64,000 nucleotides of DNA from Marispirochaeta sp. (GCA_963676835.2 CAXXFF010000002.1:1824001-1888000), one strand, 5' to 3'. Counted from the stretch's first letter, positions 10,145 through 20,772 are shown. Notes: a model not told the origin generated them from the letters alone. Program-made: numbers and translations.

Positions 10145-10588
10145 TTAAGCGTGCCACTGAAGGTACCAGCCTGAGTCGGGGTCGGCGGTATCATCCAGAG
10201 AGGTATGCAGATCGGATTCGTCATCACTGGTGTAAGCGGAGACTGCAAAGTCGTAGTCTCCCATGGTAAGCAGGGTTTCATCGATGGTTATCTGGGGATC
10301 ATCTGAAAGGGCTGTGCTTGAAAGAAGATTCCAGCTTGTTTCGCCATGGGTTCTGTAGTAAACATGGTAGCCTTCCAGGGTTCCTGTGTAATCACTCTGG
10401 TCTGCAGGATTCCAGGCCAGAGTAAAAGAATCGGAGGTAACAACAAAGGCTGCGATATCGGCGGCACCTGAAGTAACCGCATCCGGGTCTATTGCCATGG
10501 GGGGTTCCACGCATGCGCTGAACATGGTAATTGCAGCGAAAGTAATCAGAATACGTTTTACTATAGTTCCCATTGATATCTTTTTCAT
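10145..10588 (-). CDS. Fibronectin type III-like lipoprotein
   Basis: RBS GGAGG before ATG 10588; lipobox FSAC; TLAWNP..GYHVYY..YDFAVSAY..ES Fn3 pattern. Confidence 0.72.
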   Translation of the reverse strand: MKKISMGTIVKRILITFAAITMFSACVEPPMAIDPDAVTSGAADIAAFVVTSDSFTLAWNPADQSDYTGTLEGYHVYYRTHGETSWNLLSSTALSDDPQITIDETLLTMGDYDFAVSAYTSDDESDLHTSLDDTADPDSGWYLQWHA

Positions 10589-10686
10589 AACCCCTCCCAG
10601 GGTAAAAGGCCGCATCTCACCCGTCACAGCATTCAGCTGCTTTTTTGCCATCAGGCAAGCGGCTTAGTTCTCTGTAAAAAGACTAG

Positions 10687-10713
10687 TTATCGGCCTTTTC
10701 GGCTAATACTTGA
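10687..10713 (-). promoter_or_regulatory. Sigma-28 (FliA) promoter
   Basis: Minus strand TCAAGTAT-N11-GCCGATAA vs consensus TAAAGTTT-N11-GCCGATAA. Confidence 0.75.
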
Positions 10714-10975
10714 GACTTAGCTTTTTATGCTTTTTGTCTCATGTTCCCAGCTTACGTAAAATGAATATAGAACGCTTTCTTCCAGTAATCAGGGAAAAAC
10801 ATGAAAAAAATGGAAAAAATAATATTTTTCTAGATAAAAAGTACTACTCAGGTGTGATGCGCGACTAGTTAAGAGGTAGTATTCAATATCTGGTAAGCTT
10901 CAACTTGTTGGAACGGTTCAATTGTGGCATACTGAAGCGGCTGATACACTACTTAATAACAAAAGGAAAGGCAGT

Positions 10976-12154
10976 ATGAACAATTTTGAATGGTCAAATC
11001 CTACAAACATAATTTTCGGGAAGGATACGGAAAAGCAGGTCGGACAGGCGGTTTCCGGATATTCCAAATCCATTCTTATCCATTACGGCAGTGACCGTAT
11101 AAAGAAAAACGGGCTTTTTGATAAAGTAACCGCATCGCTGGAAGCTGAGGGAATCCGCTGGATGGAACTTGGCGGAGTAAAACCGAATCCCCGGCTCGGG
11201 CTGGTGAAGGAAGGGATTGAGATCTGCCGCAAGAATAATCTTGATTTTATTCTGGCCATCGGAGGTGGAAGTGTTATCGATTCCTCAAAAGCTATCGGTG
11301 TTGGAGTTGTTGATGACGGGGATATCTGGGATTTCTTTATCGGAAAGCGCATCCCGGTAAAAACCCTTCCGGTTGCATCTATCCTTACCATTCCGGCTGC
11401 CGGAAGCGAGGCATCCAAAAGCTGTGTAATAACCAAAGAAGAGGGCTGGTATAAACGGCCTATCAACGAGAATGTCATTAAGCCGGTGTTTGCCATCATG
11501 AACCCCGAGCTGACCTACACGCTGCCCCATAACCAGACGGTAAATGGTGTGGCTGACATTATGGCCCACATTATTGAGCGTTACTTCACTTCGGTTAAAA
11601 ATGTCGATCTTACCGACCGGATGTGCGAAGGGGTGCTGAAGGCAGTTATCGACAATGCTCCCATACTCGTTGACGAGCCCGATAATTATGCTGCCCGGGC
11701 GGAGATTATGTGGGCCTCAACCCTTGCGCATAATGACCTTCTCAGCACCGGACGTATCGGGGACTGGGGATCTCACCAGATAGAGCATGAGCTCTCTGCA
11801 ATCTACGATGTGGCCCATGGTGCAGGTCTTGCCGTTATTCTTCCCGCCTGGATGAAATACGCCTACAAGCATGATGTTAAACTTTTTGTGAAGTTTGCCG
11901 TACGGGTATGGAATGTGGACGAACGTTTTGATGATCCGGAACGTACTGCGCTTGAAGGCATAGAGCGGATGAAGTCTTTCTTCTCATCCATCGGCTTACC
12001 TGTAACACTGCAGGAACTGGGAATCCCCACAGAAGAAGCTAAAATCGATGAGATGGTGAAGAAAGCCTTCGAAGAGCGGGCCGGGGGAATCGGAAACTTC
12101 CTTTCTCTTAAAGAGAAGGATGTAAAAGCAATTTTAATGCTTGCAGTTGAATAA
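10976..12154 (+). CDS. Iron-containing alcohol (butanol-type) dehydrogenase
   Basis: GGGSVIDSSK, AAGSE and HQIEHELSAIYDVAHGAGLA motifs. Confidence 0.92.
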   Translation: MNNFEWSNPTNIIFGKDTEKQVGQAVSGYSKSILIHYGSDRIKKNGLFDKVTASLEAEGIRWMELGGVKPNPRLGLVKEGIEICRKNNLDFILAIGGGSVIDSSKAIGVGVVDDGDIWDFFIGKRIPVKTLPVASILTIPAAGSEASKSCVITKEEGWYKRPINENVIKPVFAIMNPELTYTLPHNQTVNGVADIMAHIIERYFTSVKNVDLTDRMCEGVLKAVIDNAPILVDEPDNYAARAEIMWASTLAHNDLLSTGRIGDWGSHQIEHELSAIYDVAHGAGLAVILPAWMKYAYKHDVKLFVKFAVRVWNVDERFDDPERTALEGIERMKSFFSSIGLPVTLQELGIPTEEAKIDEMVKKAFEERAGGIGNFLSLKEKDVKAILMLAVE

Positions 12155-12177
12155 AGACCTCTGATACAGGTTTCCCG

Positions 12178-12205
12178 ATGGTCCTCCCCACAGGAGGACC
12201 ATTTT
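12178..12205 (+). terminator. Intrinsic terminator, the intron target
   Basis: ATGGTCCTCC-CCACA-GGAGGACCAT followed by TTT. Confidence 0.8.
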
Positions 12206-14293
12206 GTTTGCCCAGCGAAGCTGGCAAACCCGGTATCCCGAGAGAAGGATACGCCGCCCCGATCAGGGGGAAGGAAATCCGAATTGCAAGGGCGTTGCTG
12301 GTAACGGCAGGGTCTGAAGGAAGCAATAGGAAGTAAACGGTACGTAGCGAGAGCGAACCTGATACGGCAATAATGGGGGGTACCCTTGCAAAATGTGGGA
12401 AAGCCCGAAACCTGATCAGCCCATTAGTGTGATTGAGGACGGAATCGTTTACGGGGAGCCAGGAAAGTAACTGGGGAAGTCCTGTAGTGTCCCGGACAGC
12501 CGGGAAGGGCGAAACAAGGTGAGAGCCAAGGATTGCCTGATACATTGCAGGATGGCAGATGAAGCCGTAGTAGTGACAAAATCCCGGCCAGAGAAAGCTG
12601 GTAACAGACTGGAGGGTAAAACCGGGATGACGCTGTATTGCGATTACAGTGGGGCGACGGAAAAGCCAAAAGCGCCGGAGCTTGCGAAGGGCTGAAGTTC
12701 AAAAGAAGATTACCGGAGGGTCTTGAGAAATAAAACTGCAGACACAATCTGACTGACGAGTTGGGGTCTTCACAACTCTGGTAAACGCTGGAAAGCGTGA
12801 GCTGGGAAGTGAAACCGTCTTAAACCGGAGTAATTGTGAATGGCTTTCGGATATTGCCGAATGGATAGAAACCGGAAGCCGCATGATGAATAACACGGGC
12901 AGTTGCATGGAACAGGATATGAAGGTAATGTGATGACCAGACGAGTGTACTACAGCCTGTACGATAGAATGCTGCAAGAGAAAAGTCTGAATGAAGCATT
13001 CAAGCGTGTAAAAGCTGCTGGAGGAACTGGCGGGATAGATCGTCAGGATATAGCAGACTTTGAGCGTGAGTTGGGAAGTAACCTGCGAAATCTGGTAGAG
13101 GAACTGAGGGAGAAAAGCTATCGGCCGTTACCGGTAAAACGGGTGGAAATCCCGAAGGGAAACGGAAAAATCCGAAAGCTTGGAATCCCGGCGGTTCGAG
13201 ACAGGGTGGTGCAACAGGCACTGCTGACAATTCTGCAGCCGATCTATGAAGAAGACTTTCACCCTTCAAGTTACGGGTATCGCCCGGGACGGAGCTGTCA
13301 TCATGCAATCCGCAAAGCCGAGATGTTTATACGGAAGTATGAGCTCGATCATGTTGTGGATATGGATCTTTCCCGCTGCTTTGACACGCTGAATCATGAA
13401 ATGATAATCAGGTTTATGAGGAAGCGTGTTACCGACGGGAGTGTCCTGTCATTGGTGACTATGTTTCTGAGAAGCGGCGTGATGACCGGGAACTGGTTTG
13501 AAGACGTGAAAGAGGGAAGCCCACAGGGGGGAGTGATAAGTCCGCTGTTAGCGAATATTTATCTGAATGAGTTTGATCAGTACATGATGAAACGGAACTA
13601 CCGGATAGTGCGCTATGCTGACGACATTCTAATCTTATGCGGCTCGCAACGATCGGCGGAACATGCACTGGAAGTTGCAACAGACTATCTGGAAAACAGG
13701 CTTAAACTTACGGTAAACAGGGAAAAGACTCACATCACGCATAGCCGTGAAGGAGTTAAGTTCCTGGGGGTGGAGATTCGGGAAACCTATACGAAAGTAC
13801 AGGGTAAGAAAATCAAATCCTTCAAGGAAAAAGTGAGAAGCCTGACGAAGAAAACCCAGGGCATGAACCTTGAGATGGTAATACGGCGGCTGAATCCGGT
13901 ACTCAGAGGATTTGCCAACTATTTCCGCATTGCCAACTGCAGAACAGTATTTCGCCGCCTGATGGAGTGGATCAGGAGAAGGTTGAGAGCAATACAAATG
14001 GCGCTGTGGAAAAAACCTGGCCGATTGCATCGTCGCCTTAGGCAGATGGGTCATAAAGGAAACTTTCTCAATATCCGGATGTCATGCTGGCGAAACTCAA
14101 ACAGTGTATACGCCTGCATGGCTATGCCGAATATGTGGTTTCAAGACCTTGGCCTGTATTTTATGACGGACGCTCACCCGGTAACTATCGTTCCTGTATA
14201 GGAGTATTTTGAACAGGAGCCGTATACGAGGCCCGTACGTACGGTTCTGTGAGAGGGATGTAGCGGTGAATTCACCGCTGCACCCTACTTAAT
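12206..14293 (+). mobile_element. Group II intron (class C-like), apparently full length
   Basis: 5' GTTTGCCC; DI motif GCAAGGGCG..TCTGAAGGAAGC; short domain V GAGCCGTATACGAGGCCCGTACGTACGGTTC (~14217-14247); domain VI with bulged A ending ACTTAAT at 14293; internal RT ORF; directly follows a terminator. Confidence 0.9.
12933..14201 (+). CDS. ltrA: Group II intron reverse transcriptase/maturase (no HNH endonuclease domain)
   Basis: RKLGIPAVRDRVVQQA, SYGYRPGRS, GSPQGGVISPLLANIYL, RYADD, FLG, X-domain LRGFANYF. Confidence 0.95.
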   Translation: MTRRVYYSLYDRMLQEKSLNEAFKRVKAAGGTGGIDRQDIADFERELGSNLRNLVEELREKSYRPLPVKRVEIPKGNGKIRKLGIPAVRDRVVQQALLTILQPIYEEDFHPSSYGYRPGRSCHHAIRKAEMFIRKYELDHVVDMDLSRCFDTLNHEMIIRFMRKRVTDGSVLSLVTMFLRSGVMTGNWFEDVKEGSPQGGVISPLLANIYLNEFDQYMMKRNYRIVRYADDILILCGSQRSAEHALEVATDYLENRLKLTVNREKTHITHSREGVKFLGVEIRETYTKVQGKKIKSFKEKVRSLTKKTQGMNLEMVIRRLNPVLRGFANYFRIANCRTVFRRLMEWIRRRLRAIQMALWKKPGRLHRRLRQMGHKGNFLNIRMSCWRNSNSVYACMAMPNMWFQDLGLYFMTDAHPVTIVPV

Positions 14294-14306
14294 TGTATAT
14301 GTGCCT

Positions 14307-14606
14307 TTAAAGAACATCCTTGAGGCCGGCGGCGGCACTGTATATGCATCCTGCACCGCTGATATAGGCGCAGACCCGGAGGGTTTCAGTAATTTCCTCT
14401 TTTGTTGCTCCGGCTTCAAGGGCCTGCAGGGCAAGGGAGCGGATACCATTTACGGCACTATGAGTTACATCAATGGCCAGGGCTATAAGGAGTTTGTCCT
14501 TTTTGCTTAAGGCTCCCTGTTCAAAGGCAAGATCTCTGCCTTGCTGTACAAACTCGAATAATTTACTGTCATTTTCTTCTATGGGCTGAAGCGGGTTTGC
14601 TGCCAT
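14307..14606 (-). CDS. Carboxymuconolactone decarboxylase (CMD/AhpD-like) family protein
   Basis: GALSKKDKLLIALA...ALEAGATKEEITE pattern. Confidence 0.85.
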   Translation of the reverse strand: MAANPLQPIEENDSKLFEFVQQGRDLAFEQGALSKKDKLLIALAIDVTHSAVNGIRSLALQALEAGATKEEITETLRVCAYISGAGCIYSAAAGLKDVL

Positions 14607-14719
14607 GGTATCTCCTCATGTCTGGTGCGTATTGAAATCAGGGTAATGTAAATCCACAGCTGGAACAAGTATGAAATAGTGCACTGGCAGTGTACTTCCG
14701 GGCATGGTATTCTTCTTTT

Positions 14720-16711
14720 ATGTACAGAAAAATAATCCTTTTAAGTCTTCTCCTTGCCGCGGCAATTCCCGCGGTCAGTGCCGGGGAAGGCGCAGCAGAA
14801 AACAGCACAGGTATAAACCGGACTTCAACCAGCCTGCCTTTAACCCGGGTTACCCTGTATACCGCCGGACTTGCCCAGATGGTGCATGAAACCTCTGTTA
14901 ACGGGAATCAGGTTCTCAGTCTGTATGTTGATCCTGCAGATATTAATGATCTTCTCAAGAGTATGGTCCTGGAGGATTTTGACGGCGGCTCCGTAGAGGC
15001 TGTCAGTTTTGAATCTTCAGACCCCCTGTCGGTAAGTCTCGGAGATCTGAGACTGAATCCTGCGGGTGCGCCGGATCTGGCGGATTTTCTTGAGCGGTCC
15101 CAGGGAGAAACCCTGAGAGTTATCTCCGGCGGAGCTCTGCGCAGTTCAGGCAGGGTCTTCAGTGTTGAACGCTTTACCCGGGATGAGCAGCCCCGGATCC
15201 GTCTGAATCTGCTTGGACCCGAAGGGCTTCAGTCCCTTGTTCTTGGCGATGACGATTCGCTTCTCTATGAAGACCCGGTGCTGCAGGCGGAACTGGAGCA
15301 GGGGCTGAACCTGATAGCCGACAGCAGGCGTAAATCTGTAAGGCGGGTAGATATCTTATTTACCGGTACAGGCACCCGTCGTATTCGAATCAGTTATATA
15401 CGCGCAGTCCCGCTCTGGAAAACAAGCTACCGTGCTGTTGTTGATGCTGAAGGCAGGGCCCGCCTTGAAGGATGGGCCCTGGTTCAGAATACCGGAGGCA
15501 TGCCCTGGGACAATGTGCAGCTCTCTTTTGTTGCCGGAAGCCCCAATGCCTTTACCATGGATCTTGCAACCCCCAGCTATGTTCACCGCAGTGAAGTGGA
15601 AATATCAGCTGCCCGGCCTTTGGGGCCGACAGAGTATGCCAAAGGTGTTTCTCCTCTGACCGATGCGCCTATGCGATCCAGGGCGGAATCGGCAGGAGCT
15701 TTTGATGACTCCTTTTTTGAAGCTGAAGAACTTGCCATGGCTCCCGCTCCGGTTGAAGCCCGGGCCGGAGGAGTGCGTCAGGGAAACTTTTACCGTTATG
15801 AGGTAAAGGGAACAGTCAGTGTTCCCTCCAGATCATCTGCCATGATTCCCATCCTGGTTACAGAAAATACAGGGGAGGGTATCGGCATCTATGATCCTGA
15901 GTACAATGTGGTATTTAAAGGACTGCAGCTGGAAAACAGCTCGGATGCTCACTGGGCCGCCGGTCCTGTCAGTGTCTTTGAGGGACGCAGCTACGGCGGG
16001 GATGCCCTCCTTCCCGATATGATTCCCGGAAGCAGCCGGATGCTCAATTACGCCCTGCATGGATCCCTTGAGGTTGATAAACAGCAGAAAGGTGAACCAT
16101 CACGAATAACCGCCCTGAAGATAGCCAACGGGGTTATCCAGCGCAGTGACAAAATGGTACGTGAAACGATCTACACCATTAAAGGCGAAGAGAAAGAGCT
16201 CATTCTCATTCACCACAAAGAGAGCGGCTGGCGGTTAACTGATCATCCGGAGATACAGGATGAGACCGACGGCAGCTACCGTTTTGTACTTACCAGCTGG
16301 GATAATCCGGTATCTGTCCGGGAGGAACGAATATACTCCCGCAGTTACAGCCTGCTGAATCTTAAAGATGATGACATCCGGGTTTTTCTCAACTGGGAAA
16401 ATACCTCTGTGCAAATGGTCCGGGCCCTGGAGCATTTGAGTGAGCTGCGGGGGAAGGTTGAGAACCTGCGCCGGGAAGCTGAAACTCTTGAGGGGGCCCT
16501 TGCTTCAATTGAGCGGGATCAGAACAGGGTGCGTGAAAATATGCGGGTGCTGGACAAGGAGAGTTCCCTGTTCAGGCAGTACTCCCAGAGGCTTGGGGAC
16601 CAGGAAGAGGAGATCGATCGTCTTAACCGCAGTATTGAGACTCTCAGAGAAAACCGTGCTGCAGCCTCAAAAGAGCTGGCCGATTATGTTGAAGGGCTGG
16701 AGATCAACTGA
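14720..16711 (+). CDS. Secreted DUF4139/DUF4140-type protein with C-terminal coiled coil
   Basis: Signal peptide; LPLTRVTLY, INDLLKS, PLWKTSYR and GWALVQNTGG motifs. Confidence 0.75.
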   Translation: MYRKIILLSLLLAAAIPAVSAGEGAAENSTGINRTSTSLPLTRVTLYTAGLAQMVHETSVNGNQVLSLYVDPADINDLLKSMVLEDFDGGSVEAVSFESSDPLSVSLGDLRLNPAGAPDLADFLERSQGETLRVISGGALRSSGRVFSVERFTRDEQPRIRLNLLGPEGLQSLVLGDDDSLLYEDPVLQAELEQGLNLIADSRRKSVRRVDILFTGTGTRRIRISYIRAVPLWKTSYRAVVDAEGRARLEGWALVQNTGGMPWDNVQLSFVAGSPNAFTMDLATPSYVHRSEVEISAARPLGPTEYAKGVSPLTDAPMRSRAESAGAFDDSFFEAEELAMAPAPVEARAGGVRQGNFYRYEVKGTVSVPSRSSAMIPILVTENTGEGIGIYDPEYNVVFKGLQLENSSDAHWAAGPVSVFEGRSYGGDALLPDMIPGSSRMLNYALHGSLEVDKQQKGEPSRITALKIANGVIQRSDKMVRETIYTIKGEEKELILIHHKESGWRLTDHPEIQDETDGSYRFVLTSWDNPVSVREERIYSRSYSLLNLKDDDIRVFLNWENTSVQMVRALEHLSELRGKVENLRREAETLEGALASIERDQNRVRENMRVLDKESSLFRQYSQRLGDQEEEIDRLNRSIETLRENRAAASKELADYVEGLEIN

Positions 16712-16760
16712 TTGAGAAAGCCGGCCTTCATGGCCGGCTTGCAGATACCGGATAGCGATT

Positions 16761-17534
16761 TCAGCTCTCTTTGTAGATAACTGTTCCGGTGGCCTGGTTG
16801 ATGGGGGTAACGGTAAGCTCGGTAATCTGCACATGCTCCGGTACGGATGCGGCATAGATTACCGTGTCGGCAATATCTGCTCCGGAAAGGGGTTTGATTC
16901 CCTTGTAGAAGCCCGAGGCCCGTTCAGTATCTCCCTTGAACCGGACAACGCTGAAGTTGGTTTCCACCATTCCCGGCTGGATATTGGTTACCCGGATGGG
17001 CTTATCCACCGTATCAATCCGCAGGGCATCGCTTAAGACATGTACGGCACTCTTGGTTGCACAGTAGACCCCGCCGTTGGCGTAAGCCTGAATACCTGCG
17101 GTTGAACCGATATTGATTACCTGACCGTAGCCGCGGTCCACCATGCCGGGAACAACTGCCCTGGACATGTAAAGCAGTCCCTTTACGTTGGTGTCGATCA
17201 TGGTTTCCCAGTCATCGATATTGCCTTCGTGGAGTTTTTCCAGTCCCAGGGCAAGACCTGCATTGTTAACCAGGATATCGATTGCCTTCCATTCTGCAGG
17301 AAGGTTGGCTACGGTTTGCTGAACAGCTTCTCTGCTCCGTACATCAAGTTCAACCGGGAGAATCTCCGCGGCATACTTACCGCTTAGCTCTTCTGCAACA
17401 GCTTTGAGAGCGGTGAGGGTCCGTGAGGTGATTATCACCCGTGCTCCCTTTTCTGCAAAGGCTTCGGCGCATGCTTTACCTATACCGCTGCTGGCTCCGG
17501 TTACTAATACAGTTTTGCCTTTAATTCTATCCAT
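16761..17534 (-). CDS. NADP-dependent SDR oxidoreductase (YdfG-like)
   Basis: TGASSGIG, NNAGLALG, YCATK, IQPGMVET. Confidence 0.9.
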   Translation of the reverse strand: MDRIKGKTVLVTGASSGIGKACAEAFAEKGARVIITSRTLTALKAVAEELSGKYAAEILPVELDVRSREAVQQTVANLPAEWKAIDILVNNAGLALGLEKLHEGNIDDWETMIDTNVKGLLYMSRAVVPGMVDRGYGQVINIGSTAGIQAYANGGVYCATKSAVHVLSDALRIDTVDKPIRVTNIQPGMVETNFSVVRFKGDTERASGFYKGIKPLSGADIADTVIYAASVPEHVQITELTVTPINQATGTVIYKES

Positions 17535-17758
17535 TCATCGACCTCGAATTCTGTTGTGTGTTTGTTCAAGTATAAAAGGTGTGCCGAGAGAGTGTAAAGT
17601 AAGCGGGTCCGATGAGAAAAACAAATGGCTCTATTCTGCTTTGTGCCTTATCATAGATTGTGGCTTACATGACCATGTTAAAGGGTGAGTGAACAGAGAC
17701 CAGGATAGGTCAAGGCTATATAAAAGATTGATAAAATACATCTTTCCTGGAGGCAGTT

Positions 17759-19372
17759 GTGAGTAAAGCAAAAGCAGAAAATCCTGAAGCAGTGGAGATT
17801 ATCCGGGAAGGAAGGAGTTTCCTGGGGATCGAGTTCGGCTCTACCCGTATCAAAGCCAGTCTGATCAGCCCTGAAGGGACGCCTCTGGCTGCAGGAGCCT
17901 ATGGCTGGGAGAACGAAAATATCGACGGCATATGGACCTATAAGCTGGACGATGTATGGACAGGAGCCAGAGCCTGTTATGCCGATCTGGCGGCTGATGT
18001 CCAGTCACGCTATGGAGTGCCCTTCACCGGGCCGGCGGCGGTGGGAATAAGCGGAATGATGCATGGGTATCTGGTTTTTGATGAGCATAATAAGCTTCTT
18101 GTTCCCTTCAGGACCTGGCGCAATAATATTACCGGTCCCGCATGTGAAGAACTTTCCGACCTTTTTCATTTCGCCGTTCCCCAGCGCTGGAGTATTGCTC
18201 ACCTGTATCAGGCCATATTAAACGGGGAAGAGCATGTGGGTAAAATCAGCTATATAACCACCCTTGCGGGATATGTCCACTGGAGGCTTACCGGAGAAAA
18301 AGTCCTTGGCATAGGGGAGGCCTCCGGTATGTTTCCGGTTGATCCTTCAACTCTGGATTTTGATGAGAAAATGGTTCAGTCCTTTGATAATCATATCTCT
18401 TCAAAAGGATTTTCCTGGAAAATGCGGGACATCTTTCCCCGGGTGCTCACTGCAGGGGTATCCGGCGGGATATTGACTTCCGAAGGTGCTCAGCTGCTGG
18501 ATCCTTCGGGTAAGCTTGCCTCTGGCATTCCTTTCTGCCCTCCCGAAGGGGATGCCGGTACCGGAATGGTGGCAACCGGCAGTGTGCGGGAACGTACCGG
18601 TAATGTATCCGCCGGAACTTCGGTCTTTGCCATGATTGTTCTTGAGAATCCTCTATCAAAGCCCTATGAAGAGCTTGATATTGTGGTAACCCCCCATGGC
18701 AAAGCGGTGGCAATGGCTCATTCAAACAACTGTTCTTCAGACTTCGATGCATGGATCGATATCTTTAAACAGGCCGCCGGAGCCCTGGGGATGGAGCCTT
18801 CTGCAGATGATCTTTACGGAAAGCTGATGCCCCTTGCGCTTAAAGGGGATTTTGATGCCGGCGGAATGCTGGCGGTAAGTTATGTATCCGGGGAGCATGT
18901 TACGGGATTTACTGAAGGGCGTCCTTTTATTGTGCGCCAGCCCGACAGGCCCTTTCGGCTGGAAAATCTGCTCCGTTCATTACTTTTTACCGCTTTCTGC
19001 GCCCTTCGGACAGGACTGAACGTACTTTTTGATAAGGAGGGCGTAAAAGTTGATGAGATCCGCGGTCATGGCGGGATTTTCAAAACCCCGGGGGTGGGGC
19101 AGAAAATCATGGCAGCAGCAAGCAACACGCCCATCAGTCTTCCTTCAATGGCAGGGGAGGGCGGTGCCTGGGGTATGGCTCTGCTTGCTGCTTTTCTTCT
19201 GCGGGAAAACCAGCAGGAGAGTCTTCCTGATTTTCTTGATCATCTGATTTCAGACAGTATAGGAGACGCAGTTGAGCCCGATCCTGAAGATGTAAAAGGC
19301 TTTGATACATTTTTCAAACGCTACCATGAAGGTCTTTCAATTGAGAGGGAAGCGCTTAAAGTGTTAAACTGA
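17759..19372 (+). CDS. FGGY carbohydrate kinase (xylulokinase/L-ribulokinase-like)
   Basis: GIEFGSTRIKA, GISGMMHG, PPEGDAGTG, GEGGAWG. Confidence 0.88.
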   Translation: MSKAKAENPEAVEIIREGRSFLGIEFGSTRIKASLISPEGTPLAAGAYGWENENIDGIWTYKLDDVWTGARACYADLAADVQSRYGVPFTGPAAVGISGMMHGYLVFDEHNKLLVPFRTWRNNITGPACEELSDLFHFAVPQRWSIAHLYQAILNGEEHVGKISYITTLAGYVHWRLTGEKVLGIGEASGMFPVDPSTLDFDEKMVQSFDNHISSKGFSWKMRDIFPRVLTAGVSGGILTSEGAQLLDPSGKLASGIPFCPPEGDAGTGMVATGSVRERTGNVSAGTSVFAMIVLENPLSKPYEELDIVVTPHGKAVAMAHSNNCSSDFDAWIDIFKQAAGALGMEPSADDLYGKLMPLALKGDFDAGGMLAVSYVSGEHVTGFTEGRPFIVRQPDRPFRLENLLRSLLFTAFCALRTGLNVLFDKEGVKVDEIRGHGGIFKTPGVGQKIMAAASNTPISLPSMAGEGGAWGMALLAAFLLRENQQESLPDFLDHLISDSIGDAVEPDPEDVKGFDTFFKRYHEGLSIEREALKVLN

Positions 19373-19391
19373 GACAGCCTTGGGAGGGATT

Positions 19392-20135
19392 ATGCTGCGG
19401 GTTCTTTTCAGCTGTCTTGTTAACAATTTCAAAAGAAACCTGCCGGCGTTTCTTGTTCTCAATCTTCTTACGGTACTGCCTGCAGGGCTTTTTGCTCTTT
19501 TTTTCTGGACCGACTCCGGTTTCGGTCTGCTCTTTAGGGCTGGCCTTCTGGCATTTGTGTTTATCTACCACTTGCTGGCAGGAACCCTCTTTTATCTGCT
19601 TCGGGCCTTACCTTCTTTGCCCCGTATAGAAACAGGTGAGTTCTTCGGGGTTTTAAAATCATTACCTCCTGATTCTTTCGTGTCCTCCGCCCGTAGAGCT
19701 TCGATGTTCGGTATGGTTGCCCTGGTGCAGACGGTGCTGCTGCTTTGGATTATTACTTTCTATTTGCGTACCGGCGGCATAAGCGGTCTTGTGTCTATTT
19801 CTCTTTTTTTCTGGCTGAACTTGTTCTGGCAGCTTTCTGCCCAGTACCATTATTCAATGGCTGCGGACTTCAACTATTCTATCTTCAAAACAATCCGGCA
19901 GAGCCTTATTCTCTGCGGGGACAACCTGATGTTCTCTGTAATCATTGGAGTGATTACATGCCTGGGTGTTATTGTTTCTCTGGTAACTCTGCTTCTGTTT
20001 CCCGGACTGACAGGGATTATTATATTGCACGAAGAGGCTTTCCGTATGCTACGGTTCCGGCATGAATACCTGAGAAAACACCCCGGAACCAGCTCTTCAC
20101 ATATTCCCTGGCAGCAGCTTCTGCCGCAGGATTAA
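19392..20135 (+). CDS. Integral membrane protein (possibly DUF624/YesL-like)
   Basis: About 6 hydrophobic segments; RBS GGAGG. Confidence 0.6.
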   Translation: MLRVLFSCLVNNFKRNLPAFLVLNLLTVLPAGLFALFFWTDSGFGLLFRAGLLAFVFIYHLLAGTLFYLLRALPSLPRIETGEFFGVLKSLPPDSFVSSARRASMFGMVALVQTVLLLWIITFYLRTGGISGLVSISLFFWLNLFWQLSAQYHYSMAADFNYSIFKTIRQSLILCGDNLMFSVIIGVITCLGVIVSLVTLLLFPGLTGIIILHEEAFRMLRFRHEYLRKHPGTSSSHIPWQQLLPQD

Positions 20136-20364
20136 TCCCGGATAAAGATTATATAACATCTCTATCTTCTGCCGATGGACTTTTCTATAGCAGGCCGACA
20201 GGGTGGGAGCTCTGCTGAGCTTATCAGGTTAATCACCTATAGTTATCTTCTGTAAATACTTCCGCTATCGGATCTGAGTATCTATTTGCTACGTTTTTCT
20301 TGGATACATTTTATTGCAGGTGCCTTCTTTGTTTATTACAGTTTAAGGACAGAGGATAGATTAG

Positions 20365-20700
20365 ATGAGTAATGACAGAAAAAAGGTTGCCCTGGGACTT
20401 GATGAAAACGGAAATCTTAACAATGACCATTTTGGCCATTCAGCAGTGTATGCGATTTATCTGGAGGACGGATTCCTGATTGAAGAGCGGGAAAATCCTC
20501 TGTATGCAGAACACTCCCATGCCAAAGCGGAGGATGTCCGCAAGGTTATTCCGGAATGCGCTGTCTGGGCGGGGAAAAGCATGGGGAAGAAATCCCGGGA
20601 GTACCTTGAATCTGAAGGCATAAGAACACTGATTCTGTCAGCAGAATCAAGAAAAGATGCTCTTGATGAGATAGTCTGTTTTCTTCTCGAAAAAACATAG
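20365..20700 (+). CDS. NifB/NifX (FeMo-cofactor-binding fold) family protein
   Basis: HFGHS..YAIY, ERENP, MG...LESEGI pattern. Confidence 0.75.
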   Translation: MSNDRKKVALGLDENGNLNNDHFGHSAVYAIYLEDGFLIEERENPLYAEHSHAKAEDVRKVIPECAVWAGKSMGKKSREYLESEGIRTLILSAESRKDALDEIVCFLLEKT

Positions 20701-20772
20701 GTGATACGCTTTTCCATTTGATCCTGTTCTCTTCCCTCGATATACTTTCTTTTTAGTAAAGAGGACACGAAC

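Noticed and set aside
12903..14201. RT as retron, DGR or defence RT
   Set aside because: Maturase X domain plus ribozyme domains I, V and VI identify a group II intron.
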